This document shows, piece after piece, positions 26,015 to 39,252 of a stretch of DNA of 64,000 nucleotides (position 1 is the stretch's first letter; every line of letters begins with the position of its first letter). Below the pieces are notes generated by a model. It was not told where the DNA came from. It did no database searches and saw nothing but the letters and a program-made list of their open reading frames with translations. The stretch lies in NCBI RefSeq assembly GCF_006345805.1, contig NC_042999.1, positions 28,086,001 to 28,150,000 on the forward strand, read 5' to 3'. The DNA is from Octopus sinensis (Eukaryota). Position numbers and translations under genes: made by a program.

Positions 26015-26471
26015 GAGTGAGAGAGCAGTTCATGCCATCAAAGTGACACTGGGGTAAAAAATACGAAGCCCAGTATACCCATCATGACTACCCGTCTGAT
26101 AAGAATACACCAGGCACATGCATCACAACCATATGTGCGCGACATGGTGATCTCATATCAAGATAAACAGCGCATGACCTTGCAGGTGGGGCCCAGTTAG
26201 AATTTTCTTCAGGTCGAGTAGCCCATCCCGCTCAAAAGGTCCCTGAATAAGGATTGTTTAAGGATGTTGAACGAACCACCCATGTTTCCAAAGATGAATT
26301 ATCCAAACCTCTAAAAATTCCTTTCAACACAAGGCTATGATGCTCCCCCACTACTTGTGCTCGTGATCAGAGATGCACATATCGTCAGCCACTAAGGGAC
26401 ATGCTCAACTGGTTAAGGTCAAACAAATGACAAGCAAATCTGTGGTATTGAGCAGAATATTTGCTGTAGCC
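26015..26471 (-). mobile_element. Unclassified non-coding element X (457 bp) between TTA tracts
   Basis: Flanked by (TTA)n on both sides. Its left 68 bp recur at 46071-46138, also between TTA tracts. Strand is inferred from the shared end and the (AAT)n tail. Confidence 0.7.
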
Positions 26472-26472
26472 A

Positions 26473-26550
<78 letters not shown>

Positions 26551-26622
26551 GTTGTTTTCATTGTTATTATTATTATTATTATTATTGTTGTTTTCATTGT
26601 TATTATTATTATTATTATTATA

Positions 26623-26657
<35 letters not shown>

Positions 26658-26670
26658 TATTATTATTATT

Positions 26671-27151
26671 CAGTAGTTTTATTTTTATAGCGTGCTTTCA
26701 CTTCACTACCGAGTGCAGCTCTGTGTGCCTTGGGTATGTGCTGTGATTTATTGTGATGCTCTGATGGTTATTGTATGGAAAGTGTTCTGCGTAGGATGTG
26801 TGCAGTGCCTAGTAGTGCAATTTTCTGTATGTTATATGTGTTTGTAAGTCCTGGTGTTTTTGTTATGTATTTGTCTGAATATTTTTTTATCATGCCTAAT
26901 GCACCTACTATGATAAGAATTGTTTCTGTTTTTAGATTCCATATTCTGGTTACCTCTATTTCCAGGTCTTTGTATTTTGAAAGTTTCTCCATTTCTTTTA
27001 GAGACACGTCGTTGTCATCTGCCGGTATTGATACATCAATTAGAAAGCATTCTTTTTCTTCATGATCTCTGACAACTATATCTGGTCTGTTGGCCTTAAT
27101 TTCTCTATCTGTGTGTATCGGCATATCCCAGAGTATGGTTGCTTTCTCGTT
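26671..27151 (-). mobile_element. 5'-truncated Dong-like LINE (lineage 1): RLE domain plus 3' UTR
   Basis: Near-identical to 46274-46750; KATILWDMPIHTDREIKANRPDIVVRD...; both ends abut TTA repeats. Confidence 0.95.
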
Positions 27152-28014
27152 ATTATTATTATTATCATTATTTTTATAATTGTTTTTGTTGTTGTCATCA
27201 TTATTATTACTTATTACATCATCAGGGATTTTGCTTTTCATATCCTAATGTTTCTACTCCTTTCAAAGCCCAGTATCCGCCAACACTTTGCTACAAAAGT
27301 GACGATGAGCTAACAGCCAACGTTATCCTCAACATTCTTTACGATGACTCCCATGCTGCGCCATTCCACATGCTGTGGCACTAACCTACAAGCAGGTGCA
27401 CCATGTAACTTCTCAGCCTTTGCTCTTGCTTCGCTTTCAGTTTTGGAAATCAAGCACACTGTTCCATAAGACCCACATGCGAGATGTTGGAAATATTGGA
27501 AATATTGCCACGCATATCGATCAGAGCTTCTAATTTTTGTTTTCAGACCATAAAGAAACATCTTAGCAATTTTAGAGATGCTGAAATATGTAACTCTGTT
27601 CCTGGTTTGCAATTGCGTTGAGTTCAGGTAAGGACGCATTTTTCTTTGTCACTTAAATGCCACATCGATAATTTTTGCTAGGTCACTCTTGATCAGTGCT
27701 CCTCTTGTGCTAGTAATACTAGCAAATGAAATGATGATGGTTTCATTTGTCCAACTCAGCCAAAATATTTTTGCTCTTCAAGGTTTGCTATCATTATTTG
27801 GTAAAAATGGATGAATCCGTTATCGTTGTCTCCGTTGTCTCTTACTGATTTTGTTGTGGTTGATAATTGTTGATTTTTAACACTATTGTTCAAACTGTTT
27901 AAAATTCAGTCTCAACTCTTTAAATATCATTAATATTTTAAGTGTAGAATGCGATGTGTCTTGCTGCGAAGGCATGTGTAGTTGTCGTTGTTGAAATCGT
28001 CATCCTCGTAATTG

Positions 28015-28315
28015 CTGTTATTGTTGTTGTTGTTGTTCTTGTTCTTGTTCTTGTTCTTGTTCTTGTTCTTCTTCTTCTTGTTCTTGTTCTTGTTCTTGTT
28101 CTTGTTCTTCTTGTTCTTCTTGTTCTTCTTCTTGTTCTTGTTCTTCTTTTTCTTCTTCTTTTTCTTCTTGTTCTTGTTCTTGTTGTTTTTGTTGTTGTTG
28201 TTGTTGTTCTTCTTCTTCTGCTTCTTCTTCCTCTTCTTCCTCCTCCTCCCCCTCTTCTTCTTCTTTCTTCTTCTTCTTCTTCTTCGTTTGTTTGTTTGTT
28301 TCTTCTTTTCCTTTT
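28015..28315. repeat. (GTT)n/(GTTCTT)n/(CTT)n low-complexity tract
   Basis: Direct read. Confidence 0.95.
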
Positions 28316-29368
28316 TGTTCGCGTAATTACGCTCATTTTAATTGTTTTGTTTTTTTGTAGTGACGGCGTTTATCTGATGAAACATTATCTTCAGCTGGAT
28401 ACTGACAACAGTAGCAAAATAAAATTGTGTCCAAAAAATGGCTGTTTTAACAACACCCATAGTCTGGTTCAGAATACTAACACCTATTACCAAACACCTG
28501 TCGCAAATATTATCCAAAAAGAAATATTTTTCTTTCGGTTGTGCTTGATTAAAATCATAATTTTCGGTGAAGTTGATGACACGTACGCTCGAGGGTCCAT
28601 TAAGCAACAACGACAACATCGACAACAACATAACATGAACGTAGATCCAGTTCAATGTCGTGTTGGCTAAATAAGCTAAAGAAGATAAAGTATGATATAT
28701 GTAGAAATAATAAATACTAGAATTCCAAGAAAACGTAAAAAGGGCAAAACTCTAGGAATGAATATAAATTAGACATTTTGGAAGGCTTAGATATATCAGA
28801 ACAGAATCTAAATGCATTAGGAAAGTTGAAGAAATAAGGAAGAGTTATAGAGCCAAATTACCATTCTTGGCAGTAAGGAAAAGATAATGATATCCTGAAA
28901 AATAACATACCGGATGCCAATGTCATGTTATACTGGAGATTGGTACGTGTCACAGAAATATTACGTGTTGAATTTAAATGAAAAAAGAAAAAGGAAACCG
29001 CAAGAACACTGATAAGTGGGAAAAAATAGACTGGATAGGCGAACAAAAGAAGTAGAAAGATCTGAGTAAGTTTCAGCAAAACTCATGAAGTATCGCAGTA
29101 AATGCATTCATAGGAGTTTCAAAAAATGTGTGAAGGTCTTTGAAGAAATGAAACAAAATAAAAAGAAGGAAAATATGGTTAAGGGGATAATAATAATAAA
29201 TAGATATCTACAGCACGAAAGGAGATATAAAGAAAACAGAAGATTACATTTGAAATGAAAGTGTGAGGTACAAAAAAAATAATAAAAGCACGAATAAAAT
29301 ATGTAGTTCAAGCTAGAAGTAAGCCACAAGAATATTTGTAGTTCTGGATAGAATTTCAAAACATGCAC

Positions 29369-29425
<57 letters not shown>

Positions 29426-29529
29426 TTCTTTTTTATTTAAACACTAAGATATTATCTGAGAAAACTTTTGGCTCCTATGCCTTGGATTACATTATCTAGC
29501 AGCTCCAACGACCACGAAGATTCCCTTTA

Positions 29530-29633
29530 TACATACATACATACATACATGCATACGTACATACGTACATACATACATACATATATACATACATACATAC
29601 ATACATATATACATACATACATACATACATACA

Positions 29634-29665
<32 letters not shown>

Positions 29666-29691
29666 CATACATACATACATACATATATACA

Positions 29692-29723
<32 letters not shown>

Positions 29724-29794
29724 CATACATACATACATACATACATGCATACATACATGAATACATGCATGCATACATACATACATACATACAT
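29530..29794. repeat. (TACA)n microsatellite abutting a SINE tail
   Basis: Direct read. Confidence 0.95.
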
Positions 29795-30105
29795 AAGGGG
29801 TAAAGACCCCCTTCGGTCATGAATGACCATGGGTTTGCACCTAGAAAGTTACCCTCCTAGACACAAGTCCGGGCAAGGTTGTTTTATGGAAGACCAGCAG
29901 TCGCCCATGCATACCAGCCTCCCCTCTCCACGCCACCAGTGTTATCCAAGGGAAAGACAAAGGTCGATACAGCTTGGCACCTGTGACGTCGCAACTCATT
30001 TCTACAGCTGAGTGAACTGGAGCAACGTGAAATAAAGTGCCTTACTCAAGAACACAACACGCAGCCCGGTCCGGGATTCGAGCTCACCACCTCACGATCG
30101 TAAAC
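29795..30105 (-). mobile_element. tRNA-derived SINE (family D)
   Basis: Minus strand B box gctcgaatccc, central block gtgttcttgagtaaggcactttatttcacgttgctccagttcactcagctg, and a 3' end running into (TGTA)n. Confidence 0.75.
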
Positions 30106-30734
30106 ACATACAAATATCTATATAGATAAAAAGTGGAAACCTGGCAGAATTGGTCGGCAAAATGCTTAGCACTTGTTCGTCCGTTTTACGTCCGTACTGA
30201 GTTCAAATTTGGCCCAGGTCGACTTTGCTTTTCATCCATTCGGAGTCGATTAAATATCTACCATTTGAGCACTGGGGTCGATGAAATCAACTTATCCCCT
30301 CCCTCGAACTTGTTGGCTTTTTGCCAAAATTTAAAATCAATATGTGCCTACATATGTATGTGTAATACATATGTGTGTGTGTGTGATTAGTGTGTGTATG
30401 TGTGTGCGTGGTAAGAAGTTTGCTTTCCAACCACATGGTTCCGGGTTCACTCCCACTGCGTGACATCTTGGGTAAGTGTCTTCTTGGGTAAATTCTTGTG
30501 AGTAGTGACGATACAATCAAGTAAGTGCAATCCACAACCATCGAAATTCACTTCATTACATCTCAAACACATACCAATTGAAACCCTTTCATGTCAAAGA
30601 TAGTCGCCTGTCATCACAACGTGCAACAATAATATATGTGTGTATATATAAATGTATACAATTATGTTTTCTCCTACGTATAACTGCAACAAAAATATAT
30701 ATAAACAAATACATCTTCAATTCAACAACTCTAA

Positions 30735-31050
30735 GACCCTGAAGTGACTATATATATAATGGAACTGTGATTATGTATATCAGAAAAAATATATATAAGT
30801 CGAAACAATTTATTGGCCTTTTATGGTTTTTATAATTATTTATATAATATTATGTTGTTAGATATTATATTCATAATACTTAATGTAATATTGTAATATA
30901 AATAAATTATTGAATGTCAATTGAGTATCTCTATATTTAATTTAGCATTATAATCGCATTATACCAATATTTATATGGTATTCAACTGACGTACCAGTGT
31001 ACTGGATGTTTAACACCCATTTGAAGGATTTCTTTTCCTCAGCTTGTTTA
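30735..31050 (+). repeat. Dispersed ~310-bp repeat, copy 2
   Basis: Matches 17085-17395. Confidence 0.88.
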
Positions 31051-32186
31051 TATATATATATAAATATAAATACAGCATATTATATACATTATATATATAC
31101 ATGTATGTGCGCATGCGTATGTACGTTCCCTTGACAACCGGTGCTGGTTTGTTTATGTCCCCACAATTTAGCGGTTCGGCATAAGAGTCCGGCTGAATAA
31201 GAACCAGACTTTAAAAAAATGTATTGAAGTCAATTTGTTCGATTATGGCCTCAGTCCAATGACTGAAATAAGTATAAGATAAAATAGAACGAATCTATGT
31301 GCACTTTTGATCTTCAAAATAACGTCTTCTCAGATATAGCAGTCAAAGCTTCCACAAGTCATTTCTTACTGTTTAAACAAAGAAAAACGCTTTGGATAGG
31401 ATAGTCGTATATAACACTGTACCTGGAAATGACAGCGTTGTTATGGTTTAGAGCAGACAGGCGAAGATGTTTGGACTATTTTTTCCGACCCTGTATAATG
31501 TATTAAAAATCTCGCGAAGATAAATTTATCTTTTTTTCATTATTTCTTATTTGATAAATAACATACCACTGATGTAATTGGTTCAGATCATCGTCTTCTA
31601 ATCATCGACATTTTTCGTTTTATAGGATATATGATGATGCTAATTCCACAGCAAATGAAAATGCGTTGAGATAAGGGTAAGATATGCTACGAATAGAAAT
31701 AAGTAATGCCACCGAATTCATCTAGGATGGACACCGATATCCTGAAACTACATGGGGTGGTTCTAACAAAACCAGAAACAATATAAAACGGTTAAATTAC
31801 AGAAAATACTTAGCTTGAAAATACCGTCGATCGGGTGTTTTGGTCAATTCCTAATAAACCGTTGTTATGGTGGTGCCTCAGGTCATCTCTGAACAAAGTG
31901 ACCTCTGATAGCAGTAATAACTAACTAGGAGTATAGTCTCCATATGTTTTTCAGTTTCCAAGACAGAAAGATGCCTTGAAGATATATCTGAGAAGAACAA
32001 GGAAGAGTACTGTTATTATTTTGAATGATAAGGAACGAAGCAAATTGTTTCATTCCTCTTACGTTTTTAGTGTTGTAAAACTACTAACTTGGGTCCAGAG
32101 TTTGTAAATCTTCATGCAAATGTTAAAACATTTTATTGGATGAGATAGTGTTGAAAAGAAGCGATGCATTGATATGATTCTAGACA

Positions 32187-32490
32187 TTGAGTCCTGAGCT
32201 TCTCAAACATTGCTGGGATTTTTCTCTGTCTAGTTCTTTTGCTTTTAGTTTAGCTCAGTATTTGCCATGAAGTGGCTTTTCTTGCCATCGTTTTATCAAG
32301 GTACCTTGCTGTTCTAGTTTTAGTTTGGATTTCATTTGTTTTATAGCTTTTCTTGTTTCTTCTTCTTCATATTTGTTAGGTAGTATGACTGCTTGTTTGT
32401 ATTTGTCAGCTTCCTAAAATACTGAAAACAGTTTTTTGTTTTGCTCGTGTTTTGTGGCTATTTGTATTAGTTTTCCTTGCTTCTGAATGA
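32187..32490 (-). pseudogene. Internal fragment of a lineage 1 Dong-like LINE
   Basis: Aligns by eye to 47039-47350 (gagtcctgagcttctcaa.cattgctgggattt...ttttgctcgtgttttg). Confidence 0.88.
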
Positions 32491-33201
32491 CATAACAAAA
32501 CCCAACATGTTCTTACTCTAAGTCTAAGGAGCGACATCACTTTTCCTATCTCCTTCACTTTCAGACGAAAGTTAAAGACCTGAAATCTTCACAGTAATAT
32601 AAAACCTATTGCATTATCCGTAACCTTTTCCCTGTATGAAAGAATGACTACAAAAAAGGGGCCTAATATTATATTTTGGTATACTGAAGTGTATGAAACA
32701 TTTTGATTTCAATGATACAGTGGGCAACACCTTTAAGGAGAGCATGGAGTCTTAATTAGTACACTGTCAAAATTCAATTTGATTTTAGATCCACTGAGAT
32801 TCATTATCAACGGTTGTATATGTTACTGCTTTCATAACCTCTTGTCTTATATATGACACAAAAGTGAACCAGAGTGCAATCTACATTAAATGTATTCCTA
32901 GAGTGCAGCTCATAATGTTGAATAATGGTGTGAAACTTTAATCCAAAAGTGAGATGCAACCATTCTTGATGACGAAGGTTTCAGATGAAATATTCAGATG
33001 AAATTCAATATTCATAAGTGAAACTGAAATAAGAAAGGAGAAAATGTAATATCAGAATATATTGAATAATCTTTCTAGATGAGACCACGAAAGAATTTCT
33101 ATGTGGCAGCTCTCTTTGCTAGAAACAGCAACTAAATCTCCCTAAAACCAATACCTTTAAACTTAATAAATGATGATAAACAATATACTGTAAAATGCTG
33201 T

Positions 33202-33255
<54 letters not shown>

Positions 33256-33256
<1 letters not shown>

Positions 33257-33652
33257 TAGCAGTATCGCCCGGCGTTGCTCGGGTTTGTAAGGGAAATAAC
33301 TATAAAGCATTTTTAGAGAGTTATAGCCAAAAGATAGCAAAAAAATACATTAAAAATGGAAAAAAAATTATAGTAATTTTTTTAAAAATCGTTGACTCAT
33401 CGTAGACATTTTTAGAGAGTTACTTCCCTTATATAATAGCAAAAAAATGCATCAAAATGGAAAAAAAATGATGGTAAAATATTTTTAAAATCGTAGACTC
33501 ATCGTAGACGCGCGCTAATACCCAGAAGGGCTCGATATGAATCACGACTATAAGATACCCGGTTTTGGTTAAACTGCACCGCAAAATGTGGGAGTAGTTA
33601 GGAATATAAATCGTAGGAGACAGACACACAACTTCACTTTTATATATAAAGA
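33256..33652 (-). mobile_element. Non-autonomous Helitron, copy 2 (397 bp)
   Basis: Same termini (TC...hairpin...CTAG, A/T site) and internal blocks as 23573-24086; has a short internal duplication; its 3' end abuts (TA)n. Confidence 0.88.
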
Positions 33653-36600
33653 TTTGTGCAACAACTAAAACATTCGGTTTGGAGGGTCGAGAGGGTATCT
33701 ATGCTTTCTCACAGTTACACAGGTATCTAAAATAATCAGCAAAAGTGTGGTACATACCATCAAGTCATCCTATATTTGTGAGATGATCCTTGCAGTACAT
33801 ATGTTGTTTGACAATATATACAAAGAAAAGGGAGGTTTTATAGAGGGCTATTCAGTGTTAAATATAGAATACACATGACTATAATAAGACTAAAGTAATA
33901 AGTGTGGAAAAATAAAGGAAAGTGTATATGAACAGTCTGGTTGATCAATCGCGGTTACACAAGCACGGAAAAAGATCACATATTACATAAAATTGGAAGA
34001 GGTTAAAAAACAGAAAAGAAACGTTTTGCCTCATAAATAAAACATAAAATGATTGCCTGAGAAATAAAACATAACAGGAGAACGAAGACAATGAGATTGA
34101 AGGAAAGATGAAGATGTAAAGATGAATCACAAGAACTAACGAATATAATTTGGCAAAAGTAAAAATAGGCGAAGACAGCCTATAGCTGAATCTGTCAACT
34201 ACATAGCTTGAGACTATTACAAGTTGATATAAAAAGAGTATAAAAGAAGACATGACAGGATAAAGAAAAGACACTGTAGGCGGTTTGGTAGGAAATCGGA
34301 ATTTAATAGGAATAAAAATTCTTATCAATGCCGACTATAAACTCTTATTTTAAATGACTTCTTTGAGCTTCGGCGACTCACCACAGTGCAAAATAACCGC
34401 ATTATTGACTGATGTACAAAGTAATGTATGCAAGGACATATATTTTCCTTCTTCCATCTAGGTAATACTTGGAAAGAAGCATTGCCGCGATGTTATAAGG
34501 ATAATTCACGTGAACTAGACAAGATAGATTACTTACACTACTTTCATGGGCTTCGACGGTGAATTGTAGTAGGCTGATGCCAATCTTGTGAGCACAATGC
34601 TACCAAACGTTTGATCTTCAGTGAACTATTCCAATATTTTTATACTGACAGAATCTTTTGCTTGAAAAAAAATTTAAGGAAGGTAAACTTTCGTTATTGT
34701 TATTTACTTTTGATGCATAGAGTCGTTGGTATTGTAGTTGTTGACAGAGGTATTGTTTTTTATGATACATTTTTTTTGCTGGAACATTCTTATTTGTTTA
34801 AGTTTCTGCCATTTGTTTGTATGTTCATGAATATTTTATCTTGCATTTTAAAAATCGTGTTTAGTTTTTATTTTACTTTTTATGCTTCATCTTTTCCAAG
34901 GCATAGATCAGGTGAACTTTTAAATCAATTTTTGCCATAGAGGTTGTGATAGACTGAAATGAAAGAATGTTTTAAAACCGATTATACTAACGCCAGTAGT
35001 AATAGACCCCCCAAAGATTTAATAAGGGTCTAATTTGAAATCTGAATTACACTTGTAAAATATCGTATCTTTTTTCTTTAATTTTCCATTGGTTAGATTT
35101 CCCCCCAGCAAATATTCTACTTCTGCGTTGTAATTAGTAATCAGTATTTAACTGTTATATAGCACAGCACAGATCATTAACCTAACAGACAATTTATTTT
35201 CAGAAAACGATCTTTACAATTTGATATCCTCCTCCTCATCATCGTCCCCACTAGACACCCAACACCTTTATCATTATCATCATCATTAAATGATAAAGTA
35301 ATATTTTGTAATGATACTGCTTTCCCCCCTCTCTTTTGAATATAAAGTTTGTGTAGTTAAACAGAGGAAGATTTTCTTGTGAATGAACGATGTCAACGTT
35401 TTGGTCATAAAATTTGTCTGTTGCATGCTAACGAGATGGTTCCTAGCTAACTGTAATTAACTTTTATTAAAAGATGACTAAATATTGCTATTATAATCTT
35501 GTTCCTTAATAGGAACAGATACTTTTTATATTTAGTTAATTATATCAAGCAATTTGTTGAACTGTCCCATAAGGATAATATGCATTATATTTACTAAATC
35601 GTAGATGTTGTAGATGTCAATCCATAGCCAAATCATATACCTAGAATCAATATTCTCTCAACATCCTCACTCCATCTCACTGCATTTAGATTCTTCAGTG
35701 TTGAGTATCGACTTGCTTTTAAGTAGCTGTAATAATGTAACACTGCTGAGTGTCGTAACATTTGTTATAACATATCTTAATTTTCGTTGCTTGAAAAGTA
35801 ACCCGAATCTTATTTCGGACTTATATTACTAAAGAACACAAACATTCAAGACAAAACGATAAAAGGTTACTTAATCTTGGTATTCTACAATTTTGGATCG
35901 AGCAGATTTAGATATTTCTGGGCCAGATCTGAACAGATAGGTGAATGAACTATGAGATACGTCGATGTTTCTTATCCGTTATTTAAATTGTCCCGTTCCT
36001 ATACAAAAATGTTCGCACAACAAAACCTTAGCTCTGAAATAACCGGGTATACTTCGTTATAAATAACTATCAGAACGTAGAGCTCAAATGTGTAATAAGC
36101 GGGAGCAATATATTATACACAAGAGTTTTTGTTAGCTTGTATAGTCATGTGCAAGTCCTTTCAGTTGCCCGGTAAAAGCAAAGTTAAATGGATCCAATAT
36201 ACAGACAGAGAGCTGAGTCTTCACTCACTTCGTTTACTTATATCAGTTAATTCAGACCTTGATTTAGCTCTTAGTTCTGATTATAACCTTTGTTTGTTGA
36301 TTGCCATATTTAATTTTACTTCATATTAATTAAACAATGACTTCGTAATGCAAAAAGTCATCTTTGGGTATCTGATTTATTTCCAGTGCGGATTTGATTC
36401 CTCACAGTATTCTCATACTGATTTGGGAACTGTAAAACAATTGACCCAAATGAAAATGAAGTACTGACTCATGATAGACAAAATACACTAAAATATTTTT
36501 AAAGGGTATTGAACATTACTGGATTAAAACATGAAGGTTCCATAGTGTTCTAGAGTTGTTTGATATCTACGAATCAGTGATAATTGTTGCTTAGTCAAAA

Positions 36601-36801
36601 ATCAGCCCTCATTGACTTCGCCTATGATCAAAAGCTTTCCACCCATGACAATTACATCTTTTACTCCGTTTTATATTTGTCTACTTATTAAATGTCTCAT
36701 TTATTTTTCAGGATAATGTAATAGCGTAGTTTGATAAAGAATTAATAGCTACTTCTAACAAGCCAGTGCCTTATCATTGGTTCTCTAACTGGATGTTCAT
36801 A

Positions 36802-37902
36802 CGAGGCGTGGGCTGAAAAGTTCCTGGCTTTAAGGTTATTGCGAAAGAGCAGAGCTTTTACTTTTGCAGAGAAGTAGGCCAACTATTTAGAAGATAAGCA
36901 AAACTCATGATTATGTACAATATACCTTTCTTTCTCGCAGATTTAACGCAGCTCCTACAGTGGACCTTTTTTTGTAAGGTAAAGGAGATGGAAGAAGTCT
37001 TGAAGGATATCTGCCCATCTTACGCCACAGCGAAAATCTGATTTCGGACTGGTCATTTCAAGGTCACAGATGAACTCCGCTCAAGACGGCCAACTTCCGC
37101 GACCACAGAGGTCAAAGCCGACGCTGTGCACGTCATGATTGTCTACATCATCCACGATATTCTGAACATGAGAAAGCCTTCTGCAAAATGGGTGCCGAAA
37201 TGCTTGACTGCAGATTAGAAGTGCATCAGATTGATGACACAAAAGGCGATTTTGGACTGGTTTGCAACGGGAGAGGCTGATTTTACGGCTTGTTTAGTCG
37301 CCATGGATGATACTTTGCATCATTATTGTGATCCCCAGACTGAACAGCAATCAATAGCATGGTACCTCAGTGGTTCACTGCGTCCCTAAAAGTTTCGGAC
37401 CCAAAAATCAGCTTGAAAGATTTTGGCCTCAGTATTCTGGGACAAACACAGAGTACTCCTCATAAAACACCTGCTACAGAGTCGCGCCATCAACGCAGAG
37501 TACATATCACTGTTGGACGAGCTATTTGAATCTTTGAAGCTGAAATGCATGGAAATCTGAGCCGTGGTGCACAGTTTTTATTCAGGGCAATGCACCAGCA
37601 CACACAGCACATGGAACTCTATGGAATATACGCGACTTTGGCTTCGAATTGGTAGAGCACCCATCTTATTCTCCTGACTTGGCTCCCTTCGACTTGAAAT
37701 ATTTCAAGGGAGGGAAATGTCACTCTGATTTGGAAGTGATCGCTGCAACACAGGCCATGTTGGAGGCCCAATTTTCCGAGGTGTATTTACTGGGCTTAGA
37801 AAACCTGAAGGACAGCTGGAATAAGTGTGTGAATCTGAGAGAGGAATATGTTGAATAAAATAGTAATTAACCCAAAGCTAAGAACTTTTCAGCACATCCT
37901 CG
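36802..37902 (+). mobile_element. Decayed mariner element
   Basis: Imperfect TIRs cgagg....gctgaaaagttc. Transposase remnants with WVPK, VFWD and HPSYSPDLAP motifs, many stops. Confidence 0.9.
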
Positions 37903-37981
37903 TTTATAAGCGCGAATGTACATCCCTAGACAAGGAATAGGCACATTTGTGAGACATAATTAGAATGATACATGGTATTTA

Positions 37982-39252
37982 CGAGGGGCGTTCAATAAGT
38001 AATGCTCCTGACCCACTTGAAGTTGTTTGATCTAGCTGAAATTTATTTATGTGCATTTATTTATACCTCTATAGATTAGGTGGCGAATTACAGCTCTGAA
38101 ATAATTGTGGTTTCTGATTTACAGGTGTTTGGACTGAGTCAAGTGTGAAATGGAGCCTGTTGAGTGTCGAGCAGTGATATGGTTTTTGTATTTGAAAGGA
38201 CGCACACCACGGGAGACTTTTGATGAAATGAAAGTAACTTATGGTGATGATGCCCCATAATATGACCTTGTAAAACGCTGGCATTGTGAATTCAAACATG
38301 GTCGGAACTCTGTGGAAACAGCTCCCAGATCTGGTCGCCCCCTTCTGCCGTTGATGAGACGTCTGTCCGTCAAGTTGAGGCTGCCATTTTGGAAGGTCAA
38401 CGCATAACTATTCGCCAAATAGCCCATAAGGTCAAGATTAGTACCGGGTCTGTGGAAACTATCATTCATGACCATTTGCATATGCAAAAGGTGTCTGCCA
38501 GATGGATTTCCAGGTTGCTCACACCTTTCCAGAAGCAAGAACGCGTTGAGTGCTCGAGGATGAATTTGGAGATGTGCCAAGAAGATGAGTCAAAATTTTT
38601 CAAAAGACTGATCACACAGGATAAAACCTGGGTCCATCACTATGATCCATAGACCAAAGCCCAGTCAATGCAGTGAAAGCACCGTGACTCACCTCCTCTA
38701 AAGAAGGCAAGGGTGCAGCCCTCCGCTGACAAGGGTATGCTCACAGTCTTCTGGGACCAGGACGGAGTAGTGATGACAGATTTCCTGGCAAAGGGTACCA
38801 CAATTACAGGAGCCTATTATGCTTCACGTTTGAGGAAATTAAGAGAAGCTATCAAAATCAAGAGGCGGGGCAAGATCAGCAAAGGCATCCTCCTCCTGCA
38901 GGACAACGCTCCGGTCCACAACTCGCGTGTCGCCAGATCAGAAGCACAGGCGTGCAGCTATGAACTCCTCCCCTTGCACCCTCTGATTTTCACCTGTTCC
39001 CAGCCATGAAGTTGATTTTGAAAGGAAAGCGTTTCCCAGATGATGCAGCCTTGATTTCTGAAGTCACGTCGTGGTTGGAGGACCAAGCTGGGGTATTCTA
39101 CAAAAACGGTCTCCAGAGCTGTATCAAACGATGGGAGAAATGCATAACTCTGAGTAGTTCCTATGTAGGAAAAGACTAATAACTGTGCCAAGTGTCGTTG
39201 CTCTACTGCTATGGGAAGTGGGTCAGGGGCATTACTTATTGAACGCCCCTCG
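37982..39252 (+). mobile_element. Full-length mariner element (1271 bp); transposase pseudogene at 38150-39179
   Basis: TA-flanked TIRs cgaggggcgttcaataagtaatgc(t/c)cctgacccactt with 1 mismatch. MEPVECRAVIWFLYLKG...ARWISRLL...ITQDKTWVHHYDP...VFWD...LLQDNAPVH; stops, a frameshift and a deletion over the YSPDL region. Confidence 0.96.

Noticed and set aside
33660-34600. Purine-rich coding-like stretch
   Set aside because: Stops in all plus frames and no recognisable motif; the same applies to 39260-39830, 49200-49700 and 54730-55240.
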